Of a stretch of 64,000 nt of DNA, positions 12,340-26,599 are shown piece by piece. Source of the stretch: Octopus vulgaris. Its lineage: Eukaryota. A model generated the notes under the pieces. It saw nothing but the letters and a program-made list of their open reading frames with translations. It was not told the DNA's origin and did not search any database. The position numbers and the translations under genes were made by a program. The stretch lies in the NCBI GenBank assembly GCA_951406725.2, contig OX597814.1, positions 116,188,001 through 116,252,000 on the forward strand, read 5' to 3'. Each line of letters begins with the position of its first letter. The stretch's first letter is position 1.

Positions 12340-13778
12340 ATGCAATTATTCAGTTTATTTCAAGATTTCTTGCCAAAAGAGAAAGAACCGGTTTCTAACC
12401 TAGATCCAAAGCTCTTTCATTGGAATTTCAACATCAACAGGATTTTGTTGTATGTATGTATGTATGTACGGATGTATGTATGTATGTATGTATGTATGTA
12501 TGTATGTATGTATGTATGTATGTATGTATGTATGTATGTATGTATGTATGTGCAGATTTGTATGCTTTATGTATGTATTCTCATGCATATAGTGCATGTG
12601 TAGACATGCTCATATATATTTAAATGATAAACTTCTGGAAATATTACAGATTTTACAGTTCCAGTGATGGATTGGATTTTTAGTCTTCAAATTAGCTTTC
12701 TCCTTTCTGGTTTTGAGAAACCTAATTTCTCAAGATTGGTATTTAGGCAGTGTGTTACATATCCCAATAATTACAGGCATAAACCTGAACTCATATAATC
12801 TGGATAGAGTAACTGCAGATTTCTCAATAGTTCAGCATAGGTGTTCTCTTTTTCACTAATCTTCAGTGTTAAGTTAACATCCTCTGGGCAGCTAATTTCC
12901 AGAACTGTACACAGTTTCTCTTCTTTTTCCCAAATCATTATATCAGGTATGTTGTACTTAAATTTTATTGAGGTCTTCACTTCTACATTCCACCAGTATT
13001 CCATTTTATAAGGAGTGGCTATAACATCTACTATATTGTGAGATCTTATTTCTTGTCTTCGGGATTATCCTCCTGGCAGGTTTCATTATAGAGTGTCCTA
13101 ACTACAACGTCATGTCTCATCGGTTGATAATACCGTGTTGACATTTTCGGACAACTGCTTATGATGTGGGTGATATCTTCAGTGTGAACTCCACGAAATC
13201 TGCATCGGTTGTCACATTTTACAGCTTTTCTGGCATCTTTGTCCCCTTCGTGCATCAGGTATTTGATTGATATTTCCTGTTCCTGGATTGCAAACACATA
13301 TCATTCAAAGTGGGAGGTAGTTGGTCCATGATAAACTGCTTTGATGATTGATGTTACTATCATCTCGGAGCTTTCTACCAACATATCCATGCATAGTCTT
13401 CTGCTCATACAGGCTCATCCTTTCATCTGGTGATATGTTGCGGTAGAGTCGTGCGACCTCTTTGGGCATGTATTCTAGGTTATCAGACAAAGATTGTTGT
13501 TCAAGGAGCTGCCTTCCAAGTCTTATGATGTTATCAACCACAGTGTGTAAACTTGGCCAAGGGATGCACTTCGGCACTTGGTGGTGTTAAAAGATATCGA
13601 CGGGATATGATGCAACATTCAAAGGCATTTTGGATCGATGTTAAGCCTCTGCCACCTTGTTTTCGTTTTAGGTAGGGGCGGTCTACGTCACTGTTTATGT
13701 GGAAATTATGTGTGCTTAATATTTTTCGGGTTTTCACATCAATGAGTCAGATCTCATGAAACGTCCAATCAAGAAGCC
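12340..13778 (-). mobile_element. 5'-truncated R4/Dong-like non-LTR retrotransposon (RT thumb, CCHC knuckle, RLE), pseudogenised
   Basis: ORF pieces FHINSDVDRPYLKRKQGGRGL, CRFRG..EDITHIISSC..RHD, WWNVEV..PDIMIW..EISCP..KENTY; flanked by (CATA)n. Confidence 0.9.
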
Positions 13779-14120
13779 CTATGTATGTATGTATGTATGT
13801 ATGTATGTATGTATTTATGTATGTATGTATGTATGTATGTATGTATGTATGTATGTATGTATGTGTGTGTGTATTGAAAGAGTGGATCTAAAAACACATA
13901 AAGGGACAAATAATAGTATGTAAATATGGGTTTGAAAACCCTTTTTGGATTCAAAATGTCATAGGCTGTCCATGAGATCCGAACCTCCGTACCCTGTAGA
14001 CTTGACGTGCGTTCTATAACTTGGCGTCAACGATATATACACATATACATTCATATTATGCACTGATGTTCTGCTGGATAATATGGCATTAAAACAAAGC
14101 ACTGTTACTAGCACAAGCTT

Positions 14121-14537
14121 GTATGTATACATACATGCATACATACACACATACATACACACATACTTACACAAATACATATATACATACACACATACAT
14201 ACATACACACATACACACACAAATACATACATACACAAATACATACATACAAACATACATGCATACATACATATACACATACATACATACAAACATACAT
14301 GTATGCATACACACATACATACACACATTCATACATACATACATACATACATACACAAATACATACATGCACACTTACATACACACATACATACACACAT
14401 ACATACAAACATACATACATACACACGGATACATGCATACACATACATGCATACACATACATACATACATACATACATACATACATACATACATACATAC
14501 ATACATACATACATACATACATACATACATACATACA
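14121..14537. repeat. (CATA)n/(CA)n compound microsatellite
   Basis: Direct reading. Confidence 0.95.
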
Positions 14538-14787
14538 ATATGTATGTCTGTACGTACTTTCAATATCTTAGTGGACAGAAATGTATTAATGAAACGAAAC
14601 AGTTTCTGTATTCTTCTGGAATTACATCAGAGACTGAACAAAATCATTGACTATCAAAATTCTCGAGCATCTCGCTTATCTCATAGTGCAGCGTTGTAGG
14701 TGACTATTTCGTTTCCGTGTAGGAAAGTATCCTATGTACAGACAAGATTTCAGTCTGTCTCTACATACAAATGATAAATAAAAATCT

Positions 14788-15175
14788 GTCGACTGTGGCC
14801 TAGCTGGAGCACCACCTTTAGTCGAGCAAATCGACCCTAGTACTTATTCTTTTAAGCCGAGTACTTATTCTAGCGGTCTCTTTTGCCGAACCGTTAAGTT
14901 ACGAGGACGTAAACACACCAGCATCGGTTGTCAAGTGATGTTGGGGAGACAAACACAGACACACAAACATATACACAGATACATATATATATATATATAT
15001 ATACATATATACAACGGGCTTCTTTCAGTTTCCGTCTACCAAATCCACTCACAAGGCTTTGGTCGGCCCGAGGCTATAGTAGAAGACACTTTGCTCAAGG
15101 TGCCACACAGTGGGACTGAACCCGCAACCATGTGGTTGGTTAGCAAGCTACTTACCACACAGCCATTCCTACGCC
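14788..15175 (-). mobile_element. SINE family A
   Basis: Near-identical to 1-392. Confidence 0.92.
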
Positions 15176-16312
15176 TAATAATACTGAAAAAAGGCATTAT
15201 TATACCACCTGCAATTTTTTAATTAATTGAATTAACGAGCATTAGTCATAGTAGTTTTTTTCTCAAATTCCAAGCTTTTCCAAAGGTGTCAAAGAATGAA
15301 AACTGCATATCAACACATCTATTACAGAATTTTAGGAGGAAAAAAGGACATTTATAATATGGTTCTGTGTTCACCGTTCCTAATAAATAATATGGAATGG
15401 CTTATTTCTTTAAGGACCTCCAAGTACGAAGCCCTATCCCTTCTCCCCACTCACCAATCAGACTTGTAGACCTTCCTTTTTTTCCCCTTCGCACTTTGCA
15501 TTATACATGGTCTCATGTATGAACCTATAACAAAATCACAATGGCCGTCCATCGCACCACCATCACCATATTAAAAGAACAACTAAAGGGAGATACAAAA
15601 TAATATCTTTTCTACTGAGATTAAAACAATAGCGTAAGTAATATGAGTGAGATTTGGCAGCTATATTTAACAGATCAAAAACTGCTAAGAAGCTGCATCA
15701 TTGGTAAATAAATACAATAATTTTTGTCAGGTGTTGTATTAATTCTTTCAGTATCTTTACTGGGATTTTAGTGGGATTGGATGTTTATTACTCTCACGAA
15801 ACTGGATGAGTAACGAGGTAATATATCATTGAGACGAATCTTTAATCTTGATTTAATTCCTAGTTCGATTCGTTCCACTTCTATTGCTCATACACTAATA
15901 CATGTTAATTCCATTTATGCTACTGTAAATTCGTTTGTCTTCAAAATTTTAATTTCTTTCCTCAGTGATATATAATTTTAAAGAAATAAGATATACTAAA
16001 GATACAATATTATAAGAAAATTAAGTTCTTCTTGGCGCCAAAACCCTGAAATTTATTTACTCTTCATGAAGAGATATTTTTTACGAATGGAAACAAGAAA
16101 AAACATATATGTAGATAAATTGTTTACCCAGACATAGGAAACTTTTGTTCGAATCTATCTAAACATAGTAAGTATTTCATGGATATCATTTCCTATACGT
16201 CTTAATATATTTATGGTTGTTTTGTTGAAGTTTCATTTGAAAATAAAATACACACACACACACACGCGGGCTCGAGCGTACACATGAATACATTTACATC
16301 ATTATTATTAGT

Positions 16313-16740
16313 AAGGCGGTGAGTTGGCAGAATTGTTACCACGGTGGGCAAAATCCTTAGCGGCATTTCGTGTCTTAGTCCTGAGTTCAAATTCCGCCAA
16401 GATTGACTTTGACATTCATCCTTTCGCGGGCGAAAAAATAAGTACCAGTTGAACACTAGGGTCGATGTGATCGTCTTATTCCCTCACCCAAACCTGCTAG
16501 CCTTTTGCCAAAATTTGAAACAATTATTAGTTAGGCGGTGAGCTGACAGAACCGTTGGCACACCGGATAAAATGCTTAGAGTAATCTCGCCAATTTTTAC
16601 GCTCTGAGTTCAAATTCTGCCGAACACAATTTTGCCTTTCATCCCTGTGCGGTCGATAAAACCAGTTGAGCACTGGGGTCGATGCGATCGACCCAGCCCT
16701 CACGCTGGTTGTGTGCCTTTAGTAGAAAGGATTATTATTA
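16313..16740 (+). mobile_element. Two diverged tandem SINE family B copies in (ATT)n context
   Basis: Heads AGGCGGTGAG at ~16314 and ~16533; ends AGAAAGGATTATTATT. Confidence 0.8.
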
Positions 16741-16829
16741 ATATTATTGTAAAGAGGGCAACAGTGTCGTAGATCTTGTTGGGAATCGATGGGAAACGTT
16801 TTGTGGTATTTAGTTTTATCCTTTTTTTA

Positions 16830-17221
16830 TACTCTTTTACTTGTTTCAGTCATTTGTCTGCGGCCATGCTGGAGCACCGCCTTTAGTCGAGCAAATCCAC
16901 CCCAGGACTTATTCTTTGTAAGCCTAGTACTTATTCTATCGGTCTCTTTTACCGAACCGCTAAGTTACGGGGACGTAAACACACCAGCATCGGTTGTCAA
17001 GCGATGTTGGGGGGGGGGGGCAGACACACACATACACATATACACATATACATATATACGACGGGCTTCTTTCATTTTCCGTCTACCAACTCCACCCACA
17101 AGGCTTTGGTCGGCCCGAGGCTATAGTAGAAGACACTTGCGCAAGGTACCACGTAGTGGAACCGAACCCGGAACTATGTGGTTGGTAAGCAAGCTACTTA
17201 CCACACAGCCACTTCTGCGCC
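16830..17221 (-). mobile_element. SINE family A, full length
   Basis: Head and (TAAAAGAG)n-type tail present. Confidence 0.93.
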
Positions 17222-19039
17222 TATACGTTCAAGTTTTATCACAGTTGACTTTGATAGTCCTTCTTTGAGGGTCAGTGAAATAATTCAGTCAAATCCTTAT
17301 GCCGAGTGAATCTATTGACACTTGTTTCTTTTCCCACACCGTTTGTGGCCTTGTTCTGATGTTAGTTATTACAATTATATTAATTATTATGGAAACTATC
17401 AGCATTACTTCATTTGAAAGCACTTGTGTATTGCAATAATGAAAAAATAATCTCTCAGTAGCAGAAAGTGATTATTTGGATGACAAGTGGCTGCTGAGAT
17501 GGTCACAAAATTTAATGAGAGCGTTAATGCATATTTATTCATCGAACCTTGTTTCGTATCATTTACTCTGAAATTGCTATTTAGACTTGAAGCACCAAAT
17601 AATTGACAGCTTTCTAATTAAATCAAATGAGAAAAAATTAAAATACGGTGGATTAGAAAGTCTAATTTTCTTAACAAAATACTTTTTTTCTACTGATACA
17701 CAATTGGTACCCAGCACAGTATATTTTCAGTTGGTAAACATGTGTAATTGAACGCTAACGTGTTTAGGCCATCTATCAACCTGTCAATTGGAGCCAATCT
17801 AAATATTCGAACGACTAACAGTAATTTCCTTTATATTGATTAGAATAAATCATTTACAGCTCCTAAAACAAACAAAATACATCTTCAAATGTTCCATTTT
17901 AAAACTACATGTTGCATTATTCTTGCAGTCTATGTGTAAAACTTTGTTTTCCATTTATATTCAATAGAAATAGAAAGCATCCATTAATATTCATTTCCAT
18001 TGTGAATTTAGTCAATACAGAGTTGAAGTTAATCGAAGTGAACGTAAGATTTATATATGTGTTGTTCTGAAACTGGCAGATGCGGGTTCACTTGGCAATT
18101 TTCAGAAGTCGTAAATTGCTAATGGCTTTCGAAAAATGTCGTCGGAATTAATGAAAACGAGATATTTATAAGGTCGAGAATGTCGTAAAGTTTGGAATGA
18201 ATAACAAGACTTGGTGCATTGCTGTTGACTAGAAGACTTATTGGCTGCACTGTGACTGGATTCAAAGTGGTTCTACCTTTAACTTGTAAATTGTGTTATA
18301 GAAAAATTCTTTAATTTGATATCCAACATAGCGATGCAGTTATACCAGTGGCAGCACCGTGTTACTCTCTACTGAATATTCAACATCTATGGTTACAAGC
18401 TCTTTTAAGAAATGATACACAGCTTTTGCAGATTATATATTTTATAAGTAAACTGATTCATTTCGAGTGGGTATTTGATAATTGTTGGCTATGAAAGAGC
18501 AAAAATATTTATTGTTGATTCGAAGACTTGCTGACTACATACTCATTGGGACTGGCTTCTCAACGCAAATAGTAAACGGTTACTATTCCACTAATATTAC
18601 TGATATTCAAATATTATAAAATGTATATAACTAAATTATTCTCATACGTATGTCTAGATAAACATAGGTTTTATATCGTTGTGTATATACATCTTCCTTA
18701 AAATACATAGGGTTATAACGTGAAACAGAACTATAAAGAAAAAAAAGGATTTAGCATCGACTGGTTATTGACGTCTTGAGACCAGTGTCTATTTTAATTC
18801 GTTCTTCAGAAAGAGGAATGAGCTTAAGGATACGTTCAATAAATACTGAGTAATAGGCACCGATATGCCTCCTTTGCATATCGTCTTATAGGCTCTGCCT
18901 GCAAGTTATTTTGCATCTCAAACTAATTTGCTGGTGGAGCGTATAAGACGAAATATTTAAAGTAATATGAAGTACTATGAAACTCTTCTCCAACGCACAT
19001 CAACCTCTGTATAGAGCGTGCAGAAGGAATTGCAATATC

Positions 19040-19180
19040 TATTTCTTTATTGCTCTTAGGGGGCTAAACAGAGGGGACAAACAACGACAGACAAAGAGAT
19101 TAAGTCGATTGCATTGACCCCACTGCGTAACTGGTACTTATTTAATCGACCCCGAATGGATGAGATGTAAAGTCGACCTT
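19040..19180 (-). mobile_element. SINE family B 3' fragment
   Basis: GGGGCTAAACA..GACAGACAAA..ACTGGTACTTATTTAATCGACCCCGAA. Confidence 0.8.
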
Positions 19181-19183
19181 GAA

Positions 19184-19483
19184 TATCATCTTATCAAATA
19201 TTCGTAGACATTTATAGAAATTACAAGTGAAAACAGTTCATCTTCTGTTTGGGGGTCTTTATTAAATATTAGTAAAAATTTATAAAAAATCGAAGTAAAA
19301 ACAGTTTATCTTCTGTCTGGGGGTCAGAACAATCTTTTTGAGCCCCCAAACAAAAGGTAAACTATTTTCACTTCAAATTTCTATAAATTTTTACTGATAT
19401 TTGATAAAGACCCCCCAGACAGAAGACGACCTGTTTTCCCGTCAAATTTTTATAGATTTATACTAATATTTGATATGAGATTC
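19184..19483. repeat. Fold-back palindrome built from a duplicated ~70-bp unit
   Basis: AAAACAGTT(C/T)ATCTTCTGT(T/C)TGGGGGTC twice on the left, with two inverted copies on the right. Confidence 0.88.
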
Positions 19484-19588
19484 CTCATCATAACCACTAA
19501 TATTTTATATTTTCTTTATATAATTTTAAAATCATTTTATTAAATTCTTTCTGAAATTGAAATGCTTTAGATCTATTTCCACCTTTAT

Positions 19589-19635
<47 letters not shown>

Positions 19636-20821
19636 GTAGATTTGATTTGATTTGTATATATCTCTAACCTTTTTTCAACTATATATATATATATTTGTGT
19701 ACTGTATGTAATATGTATTTGTGCATGTGTGAATCTCATGTTTAATTACTCTTGTGAATCTGGACACGGCTGAAACATTCTATGAATGATATAGTACATA
19801 AATTTTATATAAATTTACGCCGGAGTTTTCACCACATCAGATCGAGTATCTTTGACTCTTTGTTTTTAGAAATTTCACCAGTATTGAACACATCGATGTC
19901 CATTACTAAACATTTCTAGAGAAAAGTTTAAAATTAAGTGTAGATGAAAAGATAGGCCCATGAGAGCACATTGGTTTTCCTTATTGTAAATATAAATGAA
20001 TAATGTAATGGACGTTGTATACGTGCCGCACAGTAGCAAAGTTGAAGAGTAAAAATGGAAAAAAAAAATTGAAATTTGTTAGGAAAAATAACCATGCGTA
20101 TGTATGTATATATGTATGCAAGTATGTATGTGAGTAAGTATGAATGCATCTGTGAGCGTGTACGCGTTTGTACTCGCGTCTATCATTCATAGTCGTTTAG
20201 AGTTATTTTCAATAAAATATTATATTATAGGTCATTCATTTACAGCTTTATACGTTACTATTGCAAAAATTTTATTAGCTTTCATGTTCCTTTTAGTATT
20301 TGTCGATAACTTTCACAGTCTCACGCCTCTCTCTCTTTATCCTCACACGTATATGTTTCTGTTTATTTTTGTCAGATATTTTAGATGTTATGTTTTATTG
20401 GGATATTTACAGTTGGATATTTTTGGCGCTTCATCATTGACAGGATTAAGGCCATTATCTGAACAAAAACTATGAGTTTGTGTCAACGTTTTCCTTTTAT
20501 CCATTTATTGAACTGCTTTCACACAAACTTCCATCAATATTTTAACACACAAAATAACTATTAACACATCCACTTAAAAAATATATTATGTTTTGTCTTC
20601 TGATTCTTGTATATAAGGAAAAAATATAACAGAAAATAAGAGCTGAACAAAAAATAAAAGGAAAAGGTCCTTGCTACAAATGAAAATGATGGGAGGTTAG
20701 TGGAATCACGTACAAACTTTGAAGTTGTAGAAAGAAACAAGCGATTTTAATGTTTCCCGGTGAAAATATAAAATGGCGTTGGTTGAAGTTAATATTTTAT
20801 ATCGGTTTCTGTGGAAAACGT

Positions 20822-21041
20822 TAGAGAAAAAGATAGACAAAGATGAGAGAGGAATAGAGAGATAGAGATGGAGAGACAGAGAGAGACCGAAAGATGAAGG
20901 ATGAGAAAAACAGAAAGAGGGAGGAGAAATAGACAGATAACGAAAGAAAGAAAGAGAGAGAAAGGCAGTGAGAAAGAGAGAAAGGGAGATAGAGACGGAG
21001 ACAAAGAGACAAAGTAAGAGAGAGAAAGAGTGAGAGAGTGG

Positions 21042-21083
<42 letters not shown>

Positions 21084-21246
21084 GGTGAGAGAGAGGACGG
21101 GCGAGAGAGAGGGAGAGAGAGTCAGATAGACAAACAAACGGACAGAGACAGAGAAACAGAGACAGAGAGAGATTGAGAGAGAAAGAGAGAGAGAGAGAGA
21201 TAGCAAGAGAGAAAGAATGAGATAGCGAGAGAAAGAAAGAGAGACA
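20822..21246. repeat. GA-rich degenerate microsatellite
   Basis: Direct reading. Confidence 0.95.
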
Positions 21247-21707
21247 GGCGTTTATATTCATTGAACTCTCTTCTAACAGATACACATTTTATATGGAGAT
21301 TGATAATAAACGACAGAACATGCTGAAATAATATCTAATTTGGTGCCAACTAAAGATCACGAGAGTTTCTCGGCTCTTTCAATCACCTTTACTTATTCTT
21401 AATATAACTGCTGCGCTGTACGATAAGTTCTAGTTTAATGCTGACTCTGATTCCAGCACTTCAGTCTCACTTGTCAGGTTTTCCTCTTTCTTTCCTTAAG
21501 TTCTCATCTTCAGAAGCCGACTCGTTGTATCTATCGTTAAATAAATGCACCATTTAAACAGATATCACGTTTAGTAACTCCTGAATATTTCTAACTGAGA
21601 TATAATATGCTTTTTTACTATCTAGCAGTGTACATGCACTCATACATACATACATACATACATACATACATACACACAAACACGCATGCTTTATATATAT
21701 ATATATG

Positions 21708-21738
<31 letters not shown>

Positions 21739-21775
21739 GTGTGTTTCTGTGCATTTGTGTTTGCGAGCATATAGA

Positions 21776-21836
<61 letters not shown>

Positions 21837-22620
21837 AGTGTAAATACCATATACCATGAACTATAACTAATAAGAATATAGATAAAATTACGTTTGACAA
21901 GGTGTATGTAGATATATGTGTGCATGCAATCATATGTGTGCTTGTGTGTGTATGCTTATGTGTGTGCATGTGTGCATGAGGGTGCATATATGTATAAATA
22001 TTTCTAAAGACCAATATTTTTATTACATGTAAAATTATATTGTATCTATATTTTTATATTTTCGACACCCCTTTTAATCGAATTCAAATATCTGTTATTT
22101 AAACCAATTGCTTTTTTATCTTTTCTTCTATTACATTAATTTTTTTTTATATAATACATCTTCATAGTGGATAACATTACAAATATAATAACCGCACATT
22201 CGGTTCTGATATAACATTTCTTTATATTACAAATATATTTTTATCACTAACTGCTATTTATGTTTTTTAAAAGTGAACGAAAAAATAAAAACCAACAACT
22301 GATATATATTTGAAACATGCGTATAGCTACAGATATTAAAACGTACAGATAGGTTTACGCATATAGCTATATCTACATTTACATTTATGTACAAATATAG
22401 TTACAAGGACGTATGAATTGGTTAGAATGATAGAAGTGTGAAGAATCGATATTTGTAGATGATAATATAAGTGTAATATACAAATATATGAGCTAACGCT
22501 TTTGAGCATATGCGACTGTGTGTGATGTTTTGAAGGTGTGCATACATGCATACATACATATACTCACACACAGATATTCATTTATACATACATGCATACA
22601 TATATGTGCAGATATATGTA

Positions 22621-22692
<72 letters not shown>

Positions 22693-22869
22693 TATAGATA
22701 TCGAAAGAGAGACACAAACAGAAGTAGATAGGTAGAGGGACAGAGAGGAAAAGAAAGAAAAGGAGCAAGAGATAGAGAGTAACACACAAAATTCTTCTAT
22801 ATGTGTTTGTATGTGAATGTTTTGTGAATTTTTTGAAGTTGTACATGCACAAATACATGCTTATACATC

Positions 22870-22925
<56 letters not shown>

Positions 22926-23329
22926 GGTATACATACACATAAATACACATTTATATACATAAATGCATACGTATATATGCATACTTACATTTCTACGTAC
23001 GTACGTATATACATACATACATACATACATACATACATACATACATACATACATACATACATACATACATACATACATACATACACACATACATACATAC
23101 GTACATACATACATAATTCTGACTGCGTGCATCAACGAATGAGCATGCGAATGAACGTATATCTGCGTATAAGAAGGAATTTTTCTCTTTCAGTGCAACT
23201 GAATGATTAAAGTAGCTGAATGAAGGTGAGAGAAAAGAGAAGATAGGTGATCGAGTGAGTGATTGTGACATAGGAAAAATGAATTTGATAGAAAATGAAT
23301 GAAAGGAATATATTATATTCAGCCACTAA

Positions 23330-23948
23330 GGCGGCGAGCTGGTAGGAACTTTAGCACGCCGGGCAAAATGCTTTGCGGTATTTTGTCTGCCGTTACGTTC
23401 TGAGTTCAAATTCCGCCGAGGTCGACTTTGCCTTTCATCCTTTCGGCGTCGATAAATTAAGTACCAGTTACGCACTGTGGTCGATGTAATCGATTTAATC
23501 CGTTTGTCTGTCCTTTTTTATCCCTTCTGTGTTTAGCCCTTTGTGGGTAGTTCAGAAATAGGTATTTCGTCTGCTGTGCAGTTCTAAGTTCAAATTCCAC
23601 CGAGGTCGACTTTGCCTTTCATCCTTTCGGGTTCGATAAATTAAGTACCAGTTACACACTGGGGTCGATCTAATCGTCTTAATCTCTTTGTCTGTCCTTG
23701 TTTGTCTCCTCTATGTTTAAACCCTTGTGGGCAATAAAGAAATAAGAAACGTTAGCATACCGGGCGAAATGCTTAGCGGCTATTTCGTCTGCTGTTACGT
23801 TCTGAGTTCAAATTCTGCTGAGGTCGACTTTACCTTTCATCCTTTCAGGGTCGATAAATTAAGCACCAACTGCGTACTTGGGTCGATCTTATCGTCTGAC
23901 TCCCCACACCCCCCTAAAATTTCGGGCCTTGTGCCTAGAGTAGAAAAG
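23330..23948 (+). mobile_element. SINE family B multimer (three core modules) with 18-bp TSD
   Basis: ATTATATTCAGCCACTAA 23312-23329 vs ATTATATGCAGCCACTAA 23949-23966. Confidence 0.92.
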
Positions 23949-25755
23949 ATTATATGCAGCCACTAATGTCAGCCACTATCTTCCTGATATTTGTGGTCTT
24001 TACAAATATGCGTAAACGCTCATTTATACCTCTGTTTGAACACTTCAGACTCAGCAAAGATGTTCCAAGAAGCTCTGTTAGAAGAGCCTGCCTACTTGTC
24101 TGTATGTTTGCTTGTCATCATTTAAATTCTTCCTCTGAGCTCCATCACTGGAGCTCAAACACTATTCAGATACCATCCAATACCCCCTATTTCATCTGCA
24201 ACGATCAGACTATCGGATGTTGTTAGACACCACCTGTAACAATCTCTTCCAATTCCTTTTTGAGTGTGCCCTTCTTTTCCATCTTGGCCCGAAATGTTTT
24301 ATTAAATAATCTTCTCATCGCTGTGGAAGCCTTCTGAATGGCTTTTTCTTACCCTTGGATAACATTCAGCAACTGAGCTGGTCCACCTCGTGTCTATGAA
24401 CCTTGCAACATGCGCCGCCTCTGCAGTACTTGTGATTTCAGTATTCTGCAGTCACATCGTTCCCTTTGCACCGTTCTCGAAATGAGGTCACGAACGTAAG
24501 ATTGGGTAAATGCTCAGAAAATGAGAAACGGAAAAGAGTCTGAGAGTAATGGATGCATTGATAGTTCACAGGACCAGAAAACACTGTTGTAGTAGTAGAA
24601 AGGAGAGAACGAAGAAAGGGTCTGTTTGTGATGCCGTGTTCGAAGCAGAATCCTTACCAAGCATTCGGAGGTCTTCTTGTACAAGTGGTTGTGTTTGATT
24701 AGGCGTTATTCTACAATATGTTAAACCAAGTCGCACTTGTAATTTGTGGAAAACCTGCCGTTGATTAAGGTGGAATATCTTGTGGTCGTATGAAGGAAGT
24801 TAAGTCATTGTGGTGTGGTTTGTAACAATATTATATATCAACACAATTTTGCAAATAATCTCTTGATAGTTTATCTTGATGATTAGCAGGAATAATTTTT
24901 GACTCGATAGAGTAAAAAATCTTTATTACCAAAGAGGTGTGTCATGAATAATTTTTATCAGTTAATGAAAGACTGGGATTGTTCTGTTTGTCAACCATTG
25001 CCAAAGCATGTCAAATGATTATAAAACCCCGATTCTTGCATTGAAATCTGGAACTTTAATAGTCATATCTCATCGCAGCGATCGGGTTGTAGCATGAGAT
25101 TTTGTATTAGTTATGGCAATGTTTGAAGTTTTAAGTATTTTAATTGATTCCCCTGATCAATGAAATCATCAGAAAGGATGGGAAAATAAATAATAAAAGT
25201 TGTGTGTGTTGACGATAATGTTCTGCTTTAATGTTAAAACAATGCGAACTAAAATAGAGTTAATCAAAATCGCACGTAATCGTGTAATTTGAAATTATCG
25301 GAAACAACACCCTGGTAAGAAGGTAGAGACTGTAAGGTGTTTCATAAATCTTTGATGTTGAAACTATTAAAATATTCAAAGTGGCTGGATGCACGAAACG
25401 TTACACGAATGCTAAACATTGTAATCATGATTAATGGCGGTGACAGTGCAACACTTAAAACTTCTATTTATGAGCTAAAATACAGGAAGATCCTCAATAA
25501 ATGACATAGTAATGAACTGCCTTTCTCAAAGAGAGATCTGGGAAATAGTATTAAGATATCAATTTCAGTTAAAATACAAGGTTTAACATTATTGTGGTTT
25601 ATCTGCAGGGGTAACTAAACTAGGACAAATTCTTGGCTCTATAGTGCCAAATGGAATGGCTGAAAAGTGATCCCAGACATTAAATTACATCTTTCTCTGA
25701 ATAATATAAATATATGAACCCCTCAGTGAGACTTAGAAGATTTGGTGAAACTCCT

Positions 25756-25792
<37 letters not shown>

Positions 25793-25827
25793 ATTTAATT
25801 TTCTATGCATATATATCTCTTTTTTTT

Positions 25828-26520
25828 TATCTTTTACTGTTTTCAGCCCAAGGCTGAGATCATGCTGGTGTACCATCTGTAGTTACTCAGTGTTGTTTCC
25901 GATATTGCTTTTCGTGAAGTAGCGAGCTGGACAGAGCTGCACTTCTTTGCGTCTCCTGCCGCGATGTGGGTTCATCTGGTATCTCAGAGACAAACCTGTC
26001 CAGAGGTTCTTTGAAAACTTCCACATCATCACCATGTAGATCTCTAAGGTTGCCTGGAAGGCTGTTGAACAATTGCGGGCCCTTGAAACCCAGACTATTG
26101 CAGTACTGTGTTCTTATTTTAGATGGGGAAGATGGGATCTTTGGTGTGAGGATTGGTATAGCTGTCAATTCCAAAATTAGGAGCTAAGCCCTCCAAGATC
26201 TTTCAAATGTATATCACCGCATATCTCTCTCGTCTTTTCTCCAGGGAATAGAGAATCAGCCCCTTTAGCCTCTCCCAGTAGCCCATCTTTTGCATCGAGT
26301 CAATCTTCCTTGTGTATTGTCACTGGATTGTTTCGAGTTCCACAGTGTGCTTCATATATTCTGGGGATCATAGTGGTCCAAGTGGCTGAGAACGAAAGTC
26401 TTCCATAGACGTAGCAGGGTCTCCATTTTCTTGGTTCTGAATGTCCTTAGAATCCATCCAGCCTCTCGCCATCTTGGTAATATGCACATGGAACATTGCA
26501 TCATTGCTCATCTGAACCCC
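25828..26520 (-). mobile_element. CR1-group LINE 3' fragment (RT C-terminus plus tail)
   Basis: GWILRTF, MGYWERLKGLILYSLEKRRER, GPQLFNSLP..FKEPLDRFVSEIPDEP. Confidence 0.88.
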
Positions 26521-26526
26521 AGGTCA

Positions 26527-26599
<73 letters not shown>

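Noticed and set aside
12385-12430. Hammerhead-like GAAAC-CG-GTT in the R4-like 3' UTR (minus strand)
   Set aside because: The upstream core reads CCAATGA (G5 absent), and the two related 3' UTR copies do not keep the motif.
23970-24720. GC-richer stretch possibly coding or LINE-derived (EKAIQKASTAMRRLF on minus)
   Set aside because: Only one weak RTE-like peptide and no sustained ORF or splice structure, so it cannot be assigned.
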